A DNA stretch of 64,000 nucleotides from Phaeosaccion multiseriatum. Lineage: Eukaryota > Protista > Ochrophyta, other classes. Each line of letters begins with the position of its first letter. The first letter of the stretch is position 1. Below the pieces are notes generated by a model, which did no database searches, was not told the DNA's origin, and saw only the letters and a list, made by a program, of their open reading frames with translations. Of the stretch, positions 23,889-36,825 are shown piece by piece. The position numbers and the translations under genes are program-made. The stretch lies in NCBI GenBank assembly GCA_965112735.1, contig OZ218953.1:3100001-3164000 (forward strand), in the 5' to 3' direction.

Positions 23889-26234
23889 ATGCGCACAAGC
23901 GGGAATAAACGCGGTGGCGACGGGAGCCGAGAGACGGGTGTGTGTCGCTCAACTGATTGCGGCAGGCGACGAGCTGAGCGTTGCAGAGGCCGTAAGAGAC
24001 GTGGTATTGTTTGGTGCGTTATGGCGTTGGTGGCCTTTGCTCTCCTTCTGAGTCCCTGTGCGGCATCTACCTCGGCCCCCACCCTCGAGCCGCTTTCCTG
24101 CGGCGAGGAGGCGGGAGGCTCGGACTCCGGAGAGGTGACGTACTATACTACCGCCCCGGTGGAGGGAGACGAGTACACGGCCGAGAGCGGCCGGGTGTAC
24201 ATCGCCTGGGAGGTGCTCGAGGGGCGATGCTTCTCCAGCGGCTTCGTCGACATTTCAGTCGTCCATGAAAGCAGCAAGTGAGTGCCCATCTGTCATTCTA
24301 CCTCCATGTTGGGTCTGCGGGGGGGAGAGGCAGAGAAATTTCCGCAGAGGAATTCGAAAACACCCAGACACACCATGCTGGGCCTTTTCTTCCTACAAGT
24401 GAGGGAGAGGGGCTGTACTTCCTTTGTCATTGATCCTCACACGCTGCTCCAACCCCCCCCCCTGATGGCGATCTGCTGCTCCCCCCCCCCCCCCCATTAT
24501 TTTGTAACGTTCCAGTCTCAGCCACATTGTTGCTTCCGGAGTGAGGAGCAGCCTCAACTCTACGACCAATGGGGCATATTATCTAGTGACGAAGGATTGG
24601 CTTTTCGCGGGGGAAGGCGAGGGGTACGAGATTCGCGTGACAGACTCGGATGCATCAGTCGCCTCCGGCACGTACATGTGAGTAGTTGGGGAGGGGATGA
24701 GAAGCGAGGGAGGGGCAGGGTGGGGGAGGGAGGGTTTCAGTGGGATGAGGAGGGGGGAATGGAGTGTGGGTGAGGGAGGGACGAAGTACATTTCGAGGTG
24801 GGTGGGTGGGGTTGCGTAAGGGAGGAATGTGAGTGGCCGCACTGAGAGTCCAATGCGTCTGGCGTATCAAGGATGCAGCACAGCTCTGTCTCTGATTCTC
24901 TGGGCCTTTATGGGGCGGGGTGAGTAAGTGAGGGAATGTGAGCGGCTGCACTGAGAAACCACTGCGTCTGCGTCCTCTCTCTGTCTCTGATTCCCTCGAC
25001 CCCCCTGCTCCTTTGCTTGCGCTCGTCCAACCTTCCTCCGCCCCCCCAACAACCCAACAACCAACAACACAGTGCCAGCTCATTCGCGCTGGTACAAGGA
25101 GAGGCGGCAAATAGCAACGACCCAGCCTTGGGCGTTATCATTTTGGTGTTCATCGTTTTCGCGCCGCTCTGCCTGATAGTGTCGGCTTTGGTGTGGTACT
25201 GCGGACATTACGATGATGGCAAGGCGCGGCGGGTACGGCTAAAGGGGTCGAAGACGAGTGAGGGAGGGAGCGGAGGAGACTCCAAATCTCCCTCGCGGAG
25301 CGCGGAGGAGTCTGCATGGGAGATTAAGCGGCGGCAACTGAATCAGTACGTGCGGCTGCAGGACGCCCTCGCCGCGCAGCAGGGGCAGCAGCACCATTAC
25401 TTTCACCACCACCATCCTCAACACGACGGGAGTATTGGGGAGGAGTCAGAGGGGTTGGAGAGCGTGCGGTCCAGCTCGGGCAAATGGGTGCACAACCCCG
25501 TCCATCAGCGTGTGCTGCGTGGGTCGGATCGTGGGCCCGAGTGCGAACGTCCGGAGGACCAGCAGCAGGAGCAGCCGCAGCAGCGCTCCTTCTTTGCCGG
25601 GCCATCGCATCAGCGGCGGCAGAAGAACTACCAGCAGTACGTGCGGAAACTGCATCAGCTGCAGAAAATGCCCCACCTGCAGTCTCCGAGCCCGGGTGCG
25701 GCCACGTTCTCCTCCTGCTCCCACTCACAGGCATCGCAACAAGCCACCCCGAATCATTTGTATTACGCCCAGCCCTCCCCATCCGGCACAGCATCGCCCA
25801 ACAATGCCCAGCTTTCCTCAACCTCCAGCGTTGACAGTGGCTTCGGCCCGCTAACCGCCGGATCGAGGCAGCAATTCATGTCGACGCTCGAGCACCACTT
25901 CCCTCAACCGTACCTGGACTCTGTACCAGAGTCCATGGCAAGCACTCCGGACTCGGGCTTCGGATCTCACTCCATACGTTCAATTGGAGCGCTTGTGGAC
26001 TTCTCCAGCTCCCCTGGGCAGACCTACGGCTCGTCCTATACCATAGATGGTCAAGACCAATTGTGCTCGGACGGAACGACGTACATTGGCGGCATTCGTC
26101 ACACTTGCTCGGCCGTCACCCTCGCCGGCTCCGGCGGCACGGATAGCACCAAAGGCTCCGAGCCTTCCTATTCGGGGGAGCAGGTGGATTATGATTTGGG
26201 GTGCGATTACAACTTTGGGGGTGACGTTGTCTAA
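23889..26234 (+). CDS. Type I membrane protein: signal peptide, small beta-rich ectodomain (Kre9/Knh1-like), TM helix, disordered Ser/Gln-rich cytoplasmic tail
   Basis: Exons 23889(or 24021)-24277, 24517-24677 and 25073-26234. Signal peptide MALVAFALLLSPCAA. Ectodomain motifs VYIAWE...YEIRVTDS...ASSFALV. TM helix LGVIILVFIVFAPLCLIVSALVWYC. Confidence 0.65.
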
Positions 26235-27311
26235 TAGGGTGTGCGGGAGGGAGGAGGTGGCACCCCATTTGAACCTTGCTTTGAGGAAGAGTGTTGTAAG
26301 TACTCTTTTCTTTCTCGAAAACTCAACAGAGCGCTAGTAGTAGCTCCAGTAGTAGTCTTAGATAGTTGCTGTGAGTTGAGTCTTGCCCAGCGGTCCTGCT
26401 GCGCACAGCACGCCACGGGGTAGGCACGGAGGGGGTGTTTTTCAGTTGCAGTTATTGCAACGAGACGGATTCATCTTTCAATGGATTCATGTATTTCAAA
26501 AATATGAACATATACAGAGTTATTGAAGAGAGGGGGGGGGATACTTAACGCCCTGCCCTCTACCTTTGGCGTCCAGTCTCCAACAAGGGGCGGTAGCGTA
26601 TGCATTCACAGGGGACGTCTTGTCACAGTGGATGCCTTGCCTCGTACCGAGCCCACCTCATTGCAGTCCACTGTTGTGTGTCGTAGCTACCGCTGTGCTG
26701 CTGGTGATACTGCTGCTCTCAGAGCTCTGTGGGCCTTCCTTCGAGTTGTGCAGATGCCCAAGCGTGTGTCTATTCTCTCGCTCAGAGAGTCACGTACGTA
26801 CTACCATACACCATCGAGCGGCGCGGTGCTGTGGGCGCTTAGGTTAGGCGCGCTGACCTGTCCAGCAAAACCCCGTCGCCGTTGCTTGCCTCGCCTAGCT
26901 GTTGGGGCCGGTCTGCCGATGAGTCTGGGGATGGCAGTCTGTGGTGTGGGGGAGGGGCTCCGAGCAACCACCATGAAACGCTCCTTGCCTCGTCTTCCAT
27001 GCAGGGCGTGTGGGCCTCTACAATATGGGGCTGAAGCGTGTCGACTCGAACCCGTTGGTGAGCTCTCCCACTGACCCCAGTGCACCCGCCTTTTAGACGA
27101 GGCGCCCACTGCTCTCGCGAGCTGAGTCATCAAAGCCCTTCAAGCCCAGCCCTTCCTCCAAGAGTAGCTCAGGTAGGTATCTTCGAGTCGAACATAGAGA
27201 GATAGGAGCTAGGTCATCGCCCCAAAGTCGGAAGCGCTGTCGGACCCTGACACTTCTCACCCCTCCGCCTCGAGAGGCCGTGCGTGTAAGACAAGACCAT
27301 CCGAGCGCGCG

Positions 27312-28257
27312 TCAGTCGTCCTCGTGAGGCCTCCTCCTGAACCACTTCACCAGGCCTTGCCACAAGTTGCGGAAGCGCTTCCTCAAGAGCGCCGCTTGCA
27401 GCTCTCTCTGGTCTGCCCGAAAGAGCTCCTCCGCCACCTGCTTGGACTCGTACCGCTCCCTCCAGTCCACGGCGATGCTGTCTCTTGTTCTCTCTCTGTC
27501 TAATGCTGCCGACTTACTACTGAAAGACCCTTCTGCCGTCCCTCCTGCTCGGACGGTCTCTTCCACCACCCCCACCCCCTCCCTTGGACTGAGGCTGGGG
27601 CTCTCCCATGCCTCCTCAGACAACCCCAGCGCTTCCAAGGAGGAGGAGATGTGGCGGGCTTCCTCCCGCAGCTCGGTGACCTCGCTGCTGGGTGAGCGGC
27701 AGCGCTCGGTGACCTCGCTGGAGCTCCACGCGACGAAGCTCTGCTTTCCCGACTTGCCTAGTCCGGGGCATTCGACCCATACTCTCGGACTCGTGGGGAT
27801 TTTGTTCACCTGGCGAGGGACAGACGTTGAGGGGGGGGCGATAAGGGAGAAGGCAGAGAGGGACCGGCAGGATGAGCAGAGCATTCTGTGACTGATTCGT
27901 CATGCATGAGGTCGAAACGACTCCAGCGAGCAGGACGGAGGGAGGCTCATGGCCCATGATAAAGGGAATGCTGTGGTACGGCCCACGTTCAGGAGATGCC
28001 ACGACGTCGAGACAGCTTCCACCCTCACTTCCTGTACCGTAGGTCCTTTCCCCTTCCTCGTCCACTTTGCTTGCTCCTCCTGACCCTCACCTTGGCGCAA
28101 ATGTCTTCCGCCTCGGCTTCGGAAGTCACAGAGAGATGCAAAATATGCACCTCTCCAGGCGGAATGACGTGCGATCGGCGATATCCTCGGCTTGGGGCTA
28201 CTTCCAACGCCACGGCGAACGTACTCGTGAGGGCACCGAGGCTGAAGCTTCTGTTGC

Positions 28258-28294
<37 letters not shown>

Positions 28295-28631
28295 CCTTAG
28301 GGATACTCCCTCTGCGGCGTAGAGCGTGTTCTGATCCGACGCCGTAGCTCCTTGTATGTGTTGATATCGGAGCCACTGGCGGAGGAGAAGGCCTGTCCTC
28401 TCATTGGCTCGGTAGAGCAGAGCCCAGTTGTGAGGGTGGGCAGAATGGAGGAAGGTGGCTTGGGCGAAATCAAAGAACCTCGGATCTGTGTGTGCGCGTT
28501 TTGATTTCAACCATACGTCAATCAATGAAGAGAGTGTAGGTAGAAAAAAGAGGGGAAGCAGCAGGAGTGGACAGGGAGTAGTTCACGTACTTCACAGCAG
28601 AGAGCACCCAGGGGCGTACAGCACGCAAACA

Positions 28632-28697
<66 letters not shown>

Positions 28698-29653
28698 GAG
28701 AGAGGACCAAAAGAGAGCAGGGCACAAGAGACGCCTCATCGCGCGGGTCCCTTGCCAAAGCTCTGCTCGCAAGGCATTGAATGACTTGGCTGCACCGATC
28801 CACCTATCCACCCACCCACCAGTTTCGTCCACGGCCAGCATGTCCTCTAGGCCTCCTCCAACAAAGTCTGCCGAGCACGCCAGGCCTGAGTCGTCATCGA
28901 TTAGTTGGTCGGTTTGGTTGGTCGGCCGCGTGTGAGTGAGTACAGCAGAGGCACACCACGGCAAGTAGCCAGCCCCAACTCCCTCCCGCCGGCAACACAG
29001 GCCATACCCCCCCTCCATGCCCTCAGCACTAGTGTAGTAAGTTCAAGCCAGAGCACCTTGGGAGTCCAGCGCCAGGGTGAGCTCGAAAGGCGTGCGTGAG
29101 AGGTACATGAGGCGCGTCTGCCATTGAGACTCCATGGCGCCCTTGCCTCCCTTCCATTTGGGAACGACCCCGTCCACTATGTCCTCCTCCGCCACACGAA
29201 TTATCTGTGGGACAGCGAGCGATTGCAGAGCGAGCAACACACGAGGTGGCACAGCAGGGTGGGTAGAGGGTTGGTGGAAAAAGGTCAGTTCGCTTCCCTC
29301 ATTCTCGGTGAGCACAGCCTTTGATGGGCCGAGGACATGACCTCATTTTCTGTGTTCGTCACCAGCGCCAGCTGCAGACTGGGGTTTAACTTCCGAAATC
29401 GTCTTGCAGAGAGTACTGCCTCTTTCGAGAAGTGTGTCACAGTTTTCCTGCTCGATCCGTAGGCAAAGAACAGCGCACCAGCGCCCTTGCGCTGGATTGG
29501 TGCGTCGTCGTCGAAAACGCTGAGCACATCTCTACTCCCATGGCCGGGCAGCAGCCAAGAGGCGGGAGGCGCGAAGAGAAGGCGAACAACACCAATCAGC
29601 ACACAGGCCCCCAGGAAGGCCAACCAGCGACCTTTCCTCGAAGGCCTGCTCAT
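27312..29653 (-). CDS. Type II Golgi GT-A fold (nucleotide-diphospho-sugar) glycosyltransferase-like protein
   Basis: N-terminal anchor WLAFLGACVLIGVVRLLFA. Motifs GALFFAYG, EAVLSARRFRKLNPSLQLALVTN, TRLMYLSRTPFELTLALDSQ, PHNWALLY and SDQNTL. Exons ~29653-29342, 29225-29057, 28885-28820, 28505-28092 and 27808-27312. Confidence 0.7.
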
Positions 29654-29814
29654 TCAAAGATCAATGGGGACATAAGGGGGAAAAAAAACAAGAAATCAAG
29701 TACTGTTGTTTACATCAAGTGCCATCTATAGGCACGTTGGTCCTCCAATTTTAAATGAACAAATGGCACTTAAGGGTGTAATAAAAAGGATAACATTCTC
29801 CTCCAGAAGCCCAA

Positions 29815-32796
29815 ATGCGAGCTGCTACTGCACAGGCAAGATGTCTGAGGGGGCGGAAGAGGCGCTTACCATGGCCAGTCTACTCCCCCTCGCGCCTCAG
29901 AGCTTTATCGCCGTGCATGCCTCCCATACTTGGCGCCACTGGAGGCAGCCTATTTACCACCTATTCTCCGTTCCGAGCAGAGCAGGGAAGGGAGCTCAAC
30001 CCACCCCTTCATCGCCACCCTCATCCCCAGCCACCGAATCAAGCCCAGTACCAGCGGCAGCGGCAGCAGAGGCAACATCGCCCACAGACTTCCCATATCC
30101 CGGGGAATCGAGTAAGAGCCCTCATGCGTAGGCTTGGCTCTCTCGGGATGCACAACTCGGGCACGAGCAAACAGGTGGAGGCCATTTTGGAAGAGGTGCG
30201 ACGAGAAGGCTTGCCCCTCAATCACCCTGTCTACTCAGTTGCCGTCAGGGTCTTCGCCAAACGTGGCCTGTGGAGGAGAGCAATCGGGGTCCTCCGAGAA
30301 ATTGAAAGCTGTGAGGCCGCTCAGCAGGAGCAGCAGCAAGAAGGTCTTGGTACCCGCGGTGCCCCTCCCGACGACGAGGAGATGCGGCGCGAAAGAGTAG
30401 TCACCTATACTCACCTCGTAAACGCATGTGGCAAGGCCGGCCACGTGCAGGAGGCACTCCAGCTTGCGGAGGAGATGGAGTCGAAGGGGCTGAAGCCTAA
30501 CGAGGTACGACTTTTGCTCATTTGTCCCTCACCACAAATGAGCTGAACTGTGCAGCTGGTGAGGGGGTAGGGCTTGCCTTTCGCTTTGGCTGTCAAGTTC
30601 TCGATTTGGTAGACCACTTGGAAGGGCGCCGACTTACATACCCTCCTTCAAATGCGCCCATTTGTGACATCCTCGCCAACCGGACCCCCCCTTCTCTATG
30701 CTCTCCCGTGGAAGGTGACTTACAGCATCCTCATGAAGGCTTTAGGGAGGAGCGGCCTGCACTCAAAGGCTCTCGATCTGCTGAGTGAGATGCAAGAGAA
30801 AGGGGTGCAGCCCGACTGTGTGGTGTACAATGTGGCCATCAGCCTGTGCGCCAAGACGGGCAATTACGAGCGGGCTCTCCAGATCCTACTGCGGGACATG
30901 CCTCAGGCGGGGGTGGCGCCGGACGTTCTGTCGTACGATGCGGCGATGGATGCGTGTGCAAAGGCGGAAAGACCGAATGAGGCCATGGAGCTGCTGGAGG
31001 AGATGCGAAGGGGAGGGGAGGAGAGGAGGAGGGTGGCAGCACTACAAGGAGAAGCATGTGGGGAAAGTGTGGTGGACGAAGTGGCAGGGTCAGGGGGGAC
31101 AGCTGCAGAGAGAGAAGCAGCCAGAAGAAGAACACCAAGAGGAAAGATGGGAAGCGGAAGAAGTGGTAATGCAACGAAACACAACCAGCCACCGGCACCG
31201 GCACCACACACGAGTAGCTTCAACGCCGCCATGCATGCGTGCGCCAGAAGCGGCATGTATCGGTGGGCAATGGCACTCTTCCTCGAGCTGGAGGAGCAGC
31301 AACTGCGCCCCACACGTCACACGTTCAACATTGCCATGCATGCGTGCAGTAAAGTGGGGGAGTGTGACACGGCACGCAGTCTCTTGAACAAGATGAAGGC
31401 GAGTGGCGACCCGGAGCTGTGGCCGGACAGTATCACGTACAACACTGCTATTTCCACCTACGCCAACAAGGGAATGGTGGCGCCTGCGATGGAGCTCCTG
31501 CGAGAAATGGAAGAGGAGAGCAGGGGGGCGAGGAAGGAGATGAGGGAGGGGGGAGGGGCAGGGGCAGGGGTGGGAGTAGGAAGACCCAGCGGGAGGGATT
31601 TGCGGCCTGATCGGATCACGTACAACTCAGTCCTTTTTGCGTGTGATAGAGCCAGTGTTTTAGCAGCACAGGAGGTTGAAAAGAGCGACAGCAACAGCGA
31701 GAGTGACAGCAGTCGCGCCGAGAAGGGAAACGGGCAGCAGCAGCAGCAGCAGCAGCAGCAGCCCTTGGAGGTGGCGCTGGCCCTGCTGGAGGAGATGCGA
31801 AACGGAGGCGGGCAAGGAGGGCGGGGCGTCCGAGCAGTCCGCCCAGACTACATCAGCTACCACAGCGCCCTCAAGACTTGCCGGGGCGCCAAAGGAAGCA
31901 GCGACACCATGCTGCAGCTCCTTGCGGAGATGCGGGAGAGAGGCTGCCCACCGCAGACTCTGGATTACAACCTTGTCATTGACACGCTGCGGAGAGCGAA
32001 GGAGTACGGCCGGGCTCTGGATCTGTGGAGGGGGATGGGGGTGGAGGGGGCGGCAGCGGTGCCTGCAGTTGTTGAGGTGGAGGACAAGGGAGGAGAACCG
32101 ACGGGGCGTTTCCGTGGCGGTGGCTGGAATGGACGTGGAAAGGGGAATAGTGATGATGGCATGGTGCGACCGAATGCTGAGACTCTCAACGTCGTTTTGG
32201 ACTGCCTCGAGGAGGCGCAGATGCACGAGGAAGCCGACCGTCAGTACGCGGAGGCCCTGCACTCAGGTCTGCGGCCATCGCACTGGTGCCAGCGAGACGC
32301 TACGACGAAGAGTCCCCAAGCGCCCCGTGCTGCTGCTGCCCAAGGAGGAAGTAGAGAGGGAAGAGGAGGAGGAGTAGAAGTTCGCGATACAGCAGCCGGG
32401 CCATCTGTGTGGAGGCATGGGAACACGAACTTGCCCGGCGACGTGATGGACTTGCATGGATTCGGGGTCGGGGCCTCTCGGGCGGCTTTGCGGCATGCTC
32501 TGATTCATGAAGGAGTGGGAGTGACCTCTCCCGTCCATGTCGTTACGGGTTGGGGAAGCGGCAGCGGCAGCAGCAGGGCAAAGGGCCGAGCACTTGGTCT
32601 TGGTGATACAGCAGTTGGTGATACAGCAGCAGCAGCAGCAACAGCAGCAAGAGACGGGGCAGGAGGTGGCAGAGGGAGGATGAGCAAGGTGCGCGAGGCC
32701 GTGCTTAGATACGTGCAGGACGTGCTGGGAAGGGAGGCGGAGGAGCACCCCACCAACAAGGGCGTGGTGGTGATTCGGGCCGCCAGGTGTAGCTAA
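29815..32796 (+). CDS. Pentatricopeptide repeat protein with C-terminal SMR domain (PPR-SMR), 2 exons
   Basis: Exons 29815-30504 and 30715-32796. About 12 PPR motifs (e.g. VTYTHLVNACGKAGHVQEALQLAEEMESKGLKPN, VVYNVAISLCAKTGNYERALQIL). SMR domain MDLHGFGVGASRAAL...VHVVTGWGSGS...VREAVLRYV...TNKGVVVI. Confidence 0.92.
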
Positions 32797-33108
32797 CTAA
32801 CAGAAGACGAGACGGGAAAGAGAAAAAAGAATTGAGCGTCTGTCAGATGGCTATTCATGGGTTGCAGGAGCCAACGAGGCCGGCATTCGACTTGATGTGG
32901 GACGAGCCTGATGCCCACTCACATCGTCTAGTGAGGGAATTTATCTATCGAGTGAGGGGTACGGTGGGGGGGGGGGGGACAGAGCTCGCCCCCACTGCTG
33001 GCCTAGACTAGAGAGAACGTATGACGGCCTAAAGCCTACGATGTACGCGCTAAGAATAGTATAGTACACCGATAGAAACGTAAATTACATGGACGACTGG
33101 ACAGCTTT

Positions 33109-36086
33109 TTACGCTCCCGCCGCTGCCGCGAGAGTGGACGGCACTTGTTCCCCTCCTGCTGTCGCTGCTGCTTCTCCCTCAGGGGCCTCTCCCTCAGGCG
33201 GCCTGCAGAGCGTGCCCTCGCACACGGCCCATCGCGCGTTCCACTCCGCCCCGCTCACACAAGAGAAGGCTGCACCCGCACCCCAGCTCCCGGTGCTGCT
33301 CCTCTCGGTGCTGCTGCTGCTGCCGCTGCTGCTGCTGCTGGCACTCTTGCCTCCCTCCCCCATCTCCAACCGGAACCCTTCGCTGGGCCAGTCACCGCTC
33401 ACCAACCCTCGCAGAAAGGCAGCCGCCTCCTCCGTCTGCAGCCCGAGCAAGGCGGTGGCATTGCCCCCAAAGACAAAGTTGAAGTGGAGCTGCTCCGCCC
33501 TCGAGGACGGAGCATCATCATCATCATCATCATCATCACCCCCTTTACCTACATAATCGTCTATCATCCTCTGTTCTTCCTGGTCACCCGCCCCTCCTCC
33601 TCCTCCTCCTCCTCCTCCTCCTCCTACTCCTCCTCGCCCTCCTTTCCGCTGCGGCCGCTGCTGCCCCTCTTCAGAGGGGAGGACGCACACCACCGACGCG
33701 AGTTGGCAATCCATCCTCGGTACGTCGTCGCCAATCTGCACAAAGTTAATGAGATTGGCCACGGAAAGAGGCACCTTCTTCTCCTGTCTCTCCCCACGGG
33801 CAACAGACGAAGAGCCCCCACCCCCCTCAGCGCAACAGGTGAGGCAGGAGGGCGGGGGGGCGAAGCGGCTGCTCAGAGCTCGAGCGAGGATCTGCTCTCA
33901 CCCACCAGCAGGGCAGAGGCGCGGAAGGGAAGGGAAGGGAAGGGCACAGGGGTGGGGTTGGGGCGGAGGGGTCGGAGGGGGAGGGCGTTGGCTTGATTGG
34001 GGAGGGGGGTTGGATCACGGGGTTGAAAATACGCTTTTAAGCTTGGGGGTAGTTGCACTCCGGGTAAGAGGTGGCACCTGCGGTTCCGGCGATCACCCCG
34101 TTCCTTCGGAGAGGAACCGCAAGATTCTTGCCCCCCCCCCCCCAAGTCACAGGGGAGGGGCAGGACGGGGCACGAGGGGCAAGGAGAGACCGCTCACCTT
34201 CGGGTACAGCTCATTCGCAATGTCGAAGACTCCGTTAGCAGCGAAGCCGACTGCGAGTGAGTCGAAGTGCATCCCCATCATGTGCGCCACGGCCCCGCCC
34301 AGTGAGTACCTTCATTCGCCAGGGAGGGAAGGGGGACGGAGGGGGGCGGAGGGGGGTTGAGGCAACAGGCGACGGACACACACACAGAGAGAGAGAGAGA
34401 GAAAGAGAGAGTATGCGATAAAAGCAGGCGAGACAGGAAAGACGAGTGAGGAGAAGAGGGGCTCGCATTCGCCTCACTAGGCCACACGAGCACCATCGAT
34501 GATGAACGACAGCTACAGAGACGAAACAGTATGTAGCAGGCGCTCCCCTCTTACCCTGCGAAGATGACGGAGGGTGCATCCTTTGCCGGAGCCTCTGCGC
34601 CAGCCCCCTCTACTGCTCCTCCTGCCCCTCCTTCTCTTCCTCCTTCTCTTCCTCCTCGTGCTGCAGCTGCTGCCTGCTGCTGCCGGTGCTGGGCCGAGAT
34701 GTCCTCCACCAAGTTGATGCCCTGTGTGACGTAGTCCACCTCTCGCCAGCTACGGAACCACCAGATGGCCTGACGGGAGGGACGAGAGTACAACAATATT
34801 GATCGATGAGTTGCTGGCCCCGGGCAAGAGAAAAAGAAAGAGAGGTGCAACACCCACGCTGACTGACAAACTAACCACCTAACCTTCTGAACAAACTAAC
34901 TACCTGACCTTCTGAACAACCTACCTACGTAACCTTCTGAACAAACTAACTACCTAACCTTCTGAATCGTCGTCGCTGCGCTCGACCACACACTGCACGG
35001 CGCAAAGACCCCGCCTTGTTGGTGCCCGCTCCCCCTCTCCCTCTCCCTCTCGTCCGCGTCCTCTGGGTCCGTGCTCTGCTCTCTCCTCCTCCCTCCGGCA
35101 AGTAAGTCAAGGAAGTTCCTCCCAAAGAGCCCCATGCACTGCGATGGCGAATATGACCAAGGAAGCAGGAGCAGGAGCAGCCGCAGCAGCCGCAGCAGCA
35201 AGAGGAGGAGGACCAGGAGCAGGGGAAACGAGCAGGGGCAAGGAGCAGCACACGCTACGTTGGTGCATTCAAGATCTAAGTATCAAAACCACTGAGGCAC
35301 CCAGCCTCCCAACAAGGGGAGAAAGCAAGGGTGGGGTGAGTGGTGACGGCGCTTGGCTCGTGGCAGTGGCAGGAGCTCGAAGAAGGAATGAATCTGCTTG
35401 CTAAAAATCAAGTCTCTCAAGCAGCAAGTATTGATTGTACCACACTAACGAAGGTCAATCACACTAAACCCCTCACCTCCCACATCTCTCCCGAGAGAGG
35501 GCTCTCCTCTTCTTGGTGCCTGGAGGAGAAGGGGAGGGGACGGTGAGTGTCAGGCCTTTCGTCGCACACGGCAATGCAGCTCTCATGACAGGTACTGGTC
35601 ACCTGAAGACGATAGACAGAGAGGGGGGAGCTCCTGTTCCTTCTTCCCCTGTGCCTGCCTCCTTTCGGGAGAAGGCGAGCACGTGCATGCCCTTTGGCCC
35701 GACAATCTCTGTGTCCTTCAGTCCGCCGAGGGTGTATCCATCGGGGAGGAAAGGCTCCCTGCAGTTGTTAAGAGGCACAGAGTGAGGGAGAATCATCAAG
35801 GCCAGGCTCTGCGTTGCCCCCAGACGTACCATCGCTCATGAAAGCCCAGAGCTCGACACTGCTCATCATCCTTCGGCTGTTCAATACCCCCTTCCACATT
35901 CTCCTCTGTCTTTCCCTCCCCATCCACCGGGGGAAGCAAATGCGAGTAGACAAAGGGTGCGGCGAAGGCCCGAGTTTGGCACAGCAAGTCCAAGAACAGA
36001 ATGGAGTCCTCTGCATTATGGATGCTGGAGGCAGCAGCAGCAGCAGCAGCGAGGAGAGCTGCAGAGGAGAGGGAGAGGATCCACAT
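33109..36086 (-). CDS. Secreted/vacuolar class-3 (Atg15-like) lipase, multi-exon
   Basis: Signal peptide MWILSLSSAALLAAA. LSIVFR motif. Nucleophile elbow VIFAG|YSLGGAVAHMMG..FAANG split by an intron (~34552/34308). NFVQIGDDVP and a downstream His (EQLHF). Exons between 35600 and 34960 are not fully resolved. Confidence 0.7.
34866..34965 (-). repeat. 4x ~25-bp tandem repeat of an exon-end/5' splice site (TTCAGAAG|GTTAGGTAGTTAGTTTG)
   Basis: The forward unit AACAAACTAACTACCTAACCTTCTG is repeated four times with small variants. Confidence 0.75.
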
Positions 36087-36369
36087 CCCCTAGAAGTAAA
36101 CCCACCACTTCAGCCCACCACTTCATCCATCCTCCTATCCTCTACGACACCTTGCTTGGGGTTGCTTCTGGCGTGTTGTCTCTGTTGTGCCGGTCTTACG
36201 TCGGATTTGTCTTTCTCGAAGTGATCGAAGATCGTTACTTTTAGGCACGCACTCCCCACATACGGAATCACATACGTTTATTACGTTTTGGCCCCTTCAT
36301 CTGTGCCTTCCTCCCGCTACAGCTGGTTAGGCGGAGAAAACAGCAGTGAGTGGGTGCAAGTGCGACATC

Positions 36370-36401
<32 letters not shown>

Positions 36402-36825
36402 GGCGAGAGAGAGAGAAGGACACGAGAAGGGAAGGGAAGGAGCGAGAGATTCCATTAGGCCGCAAGAGTGGGCACCACCTTCACACACCTCGACATCCCG
36501 CTCCTCCTTCTCTTCAGCCCCTTCTTCACCTCTCACTTCTTCTCTACTGTTCAAAGCTTGTTTTTACATCACTGGGGAGGCAAGGAGAGAGACATATACG
36601 AAAGAGAGATTAAATCATGCCGCCCTCCCTTGGACTCAATCCCCTCTCTCTTCATCCCTGTCACCCCTGTTCATCTCCATCCCGCCCCTTTCCCTCCCCT
36701 GCTTCGAAACGCCATGGAAAAGACACAAAAGCGAGACGAAGAATGTGCTGAGCGCCCTAGGAGGGTGACTTGTGGAAGTGGGAAGTGTAGAAACACTCAA
36801 CGGGCCCAAACACACACGCGCACCA

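Noticed and set aside
26523-27133. ORFs between the membrane-protein and glycosyltransferase 3' ends
   Set aside because: No motifs or splice pattern support them. The region is probably UTR or intergenic.
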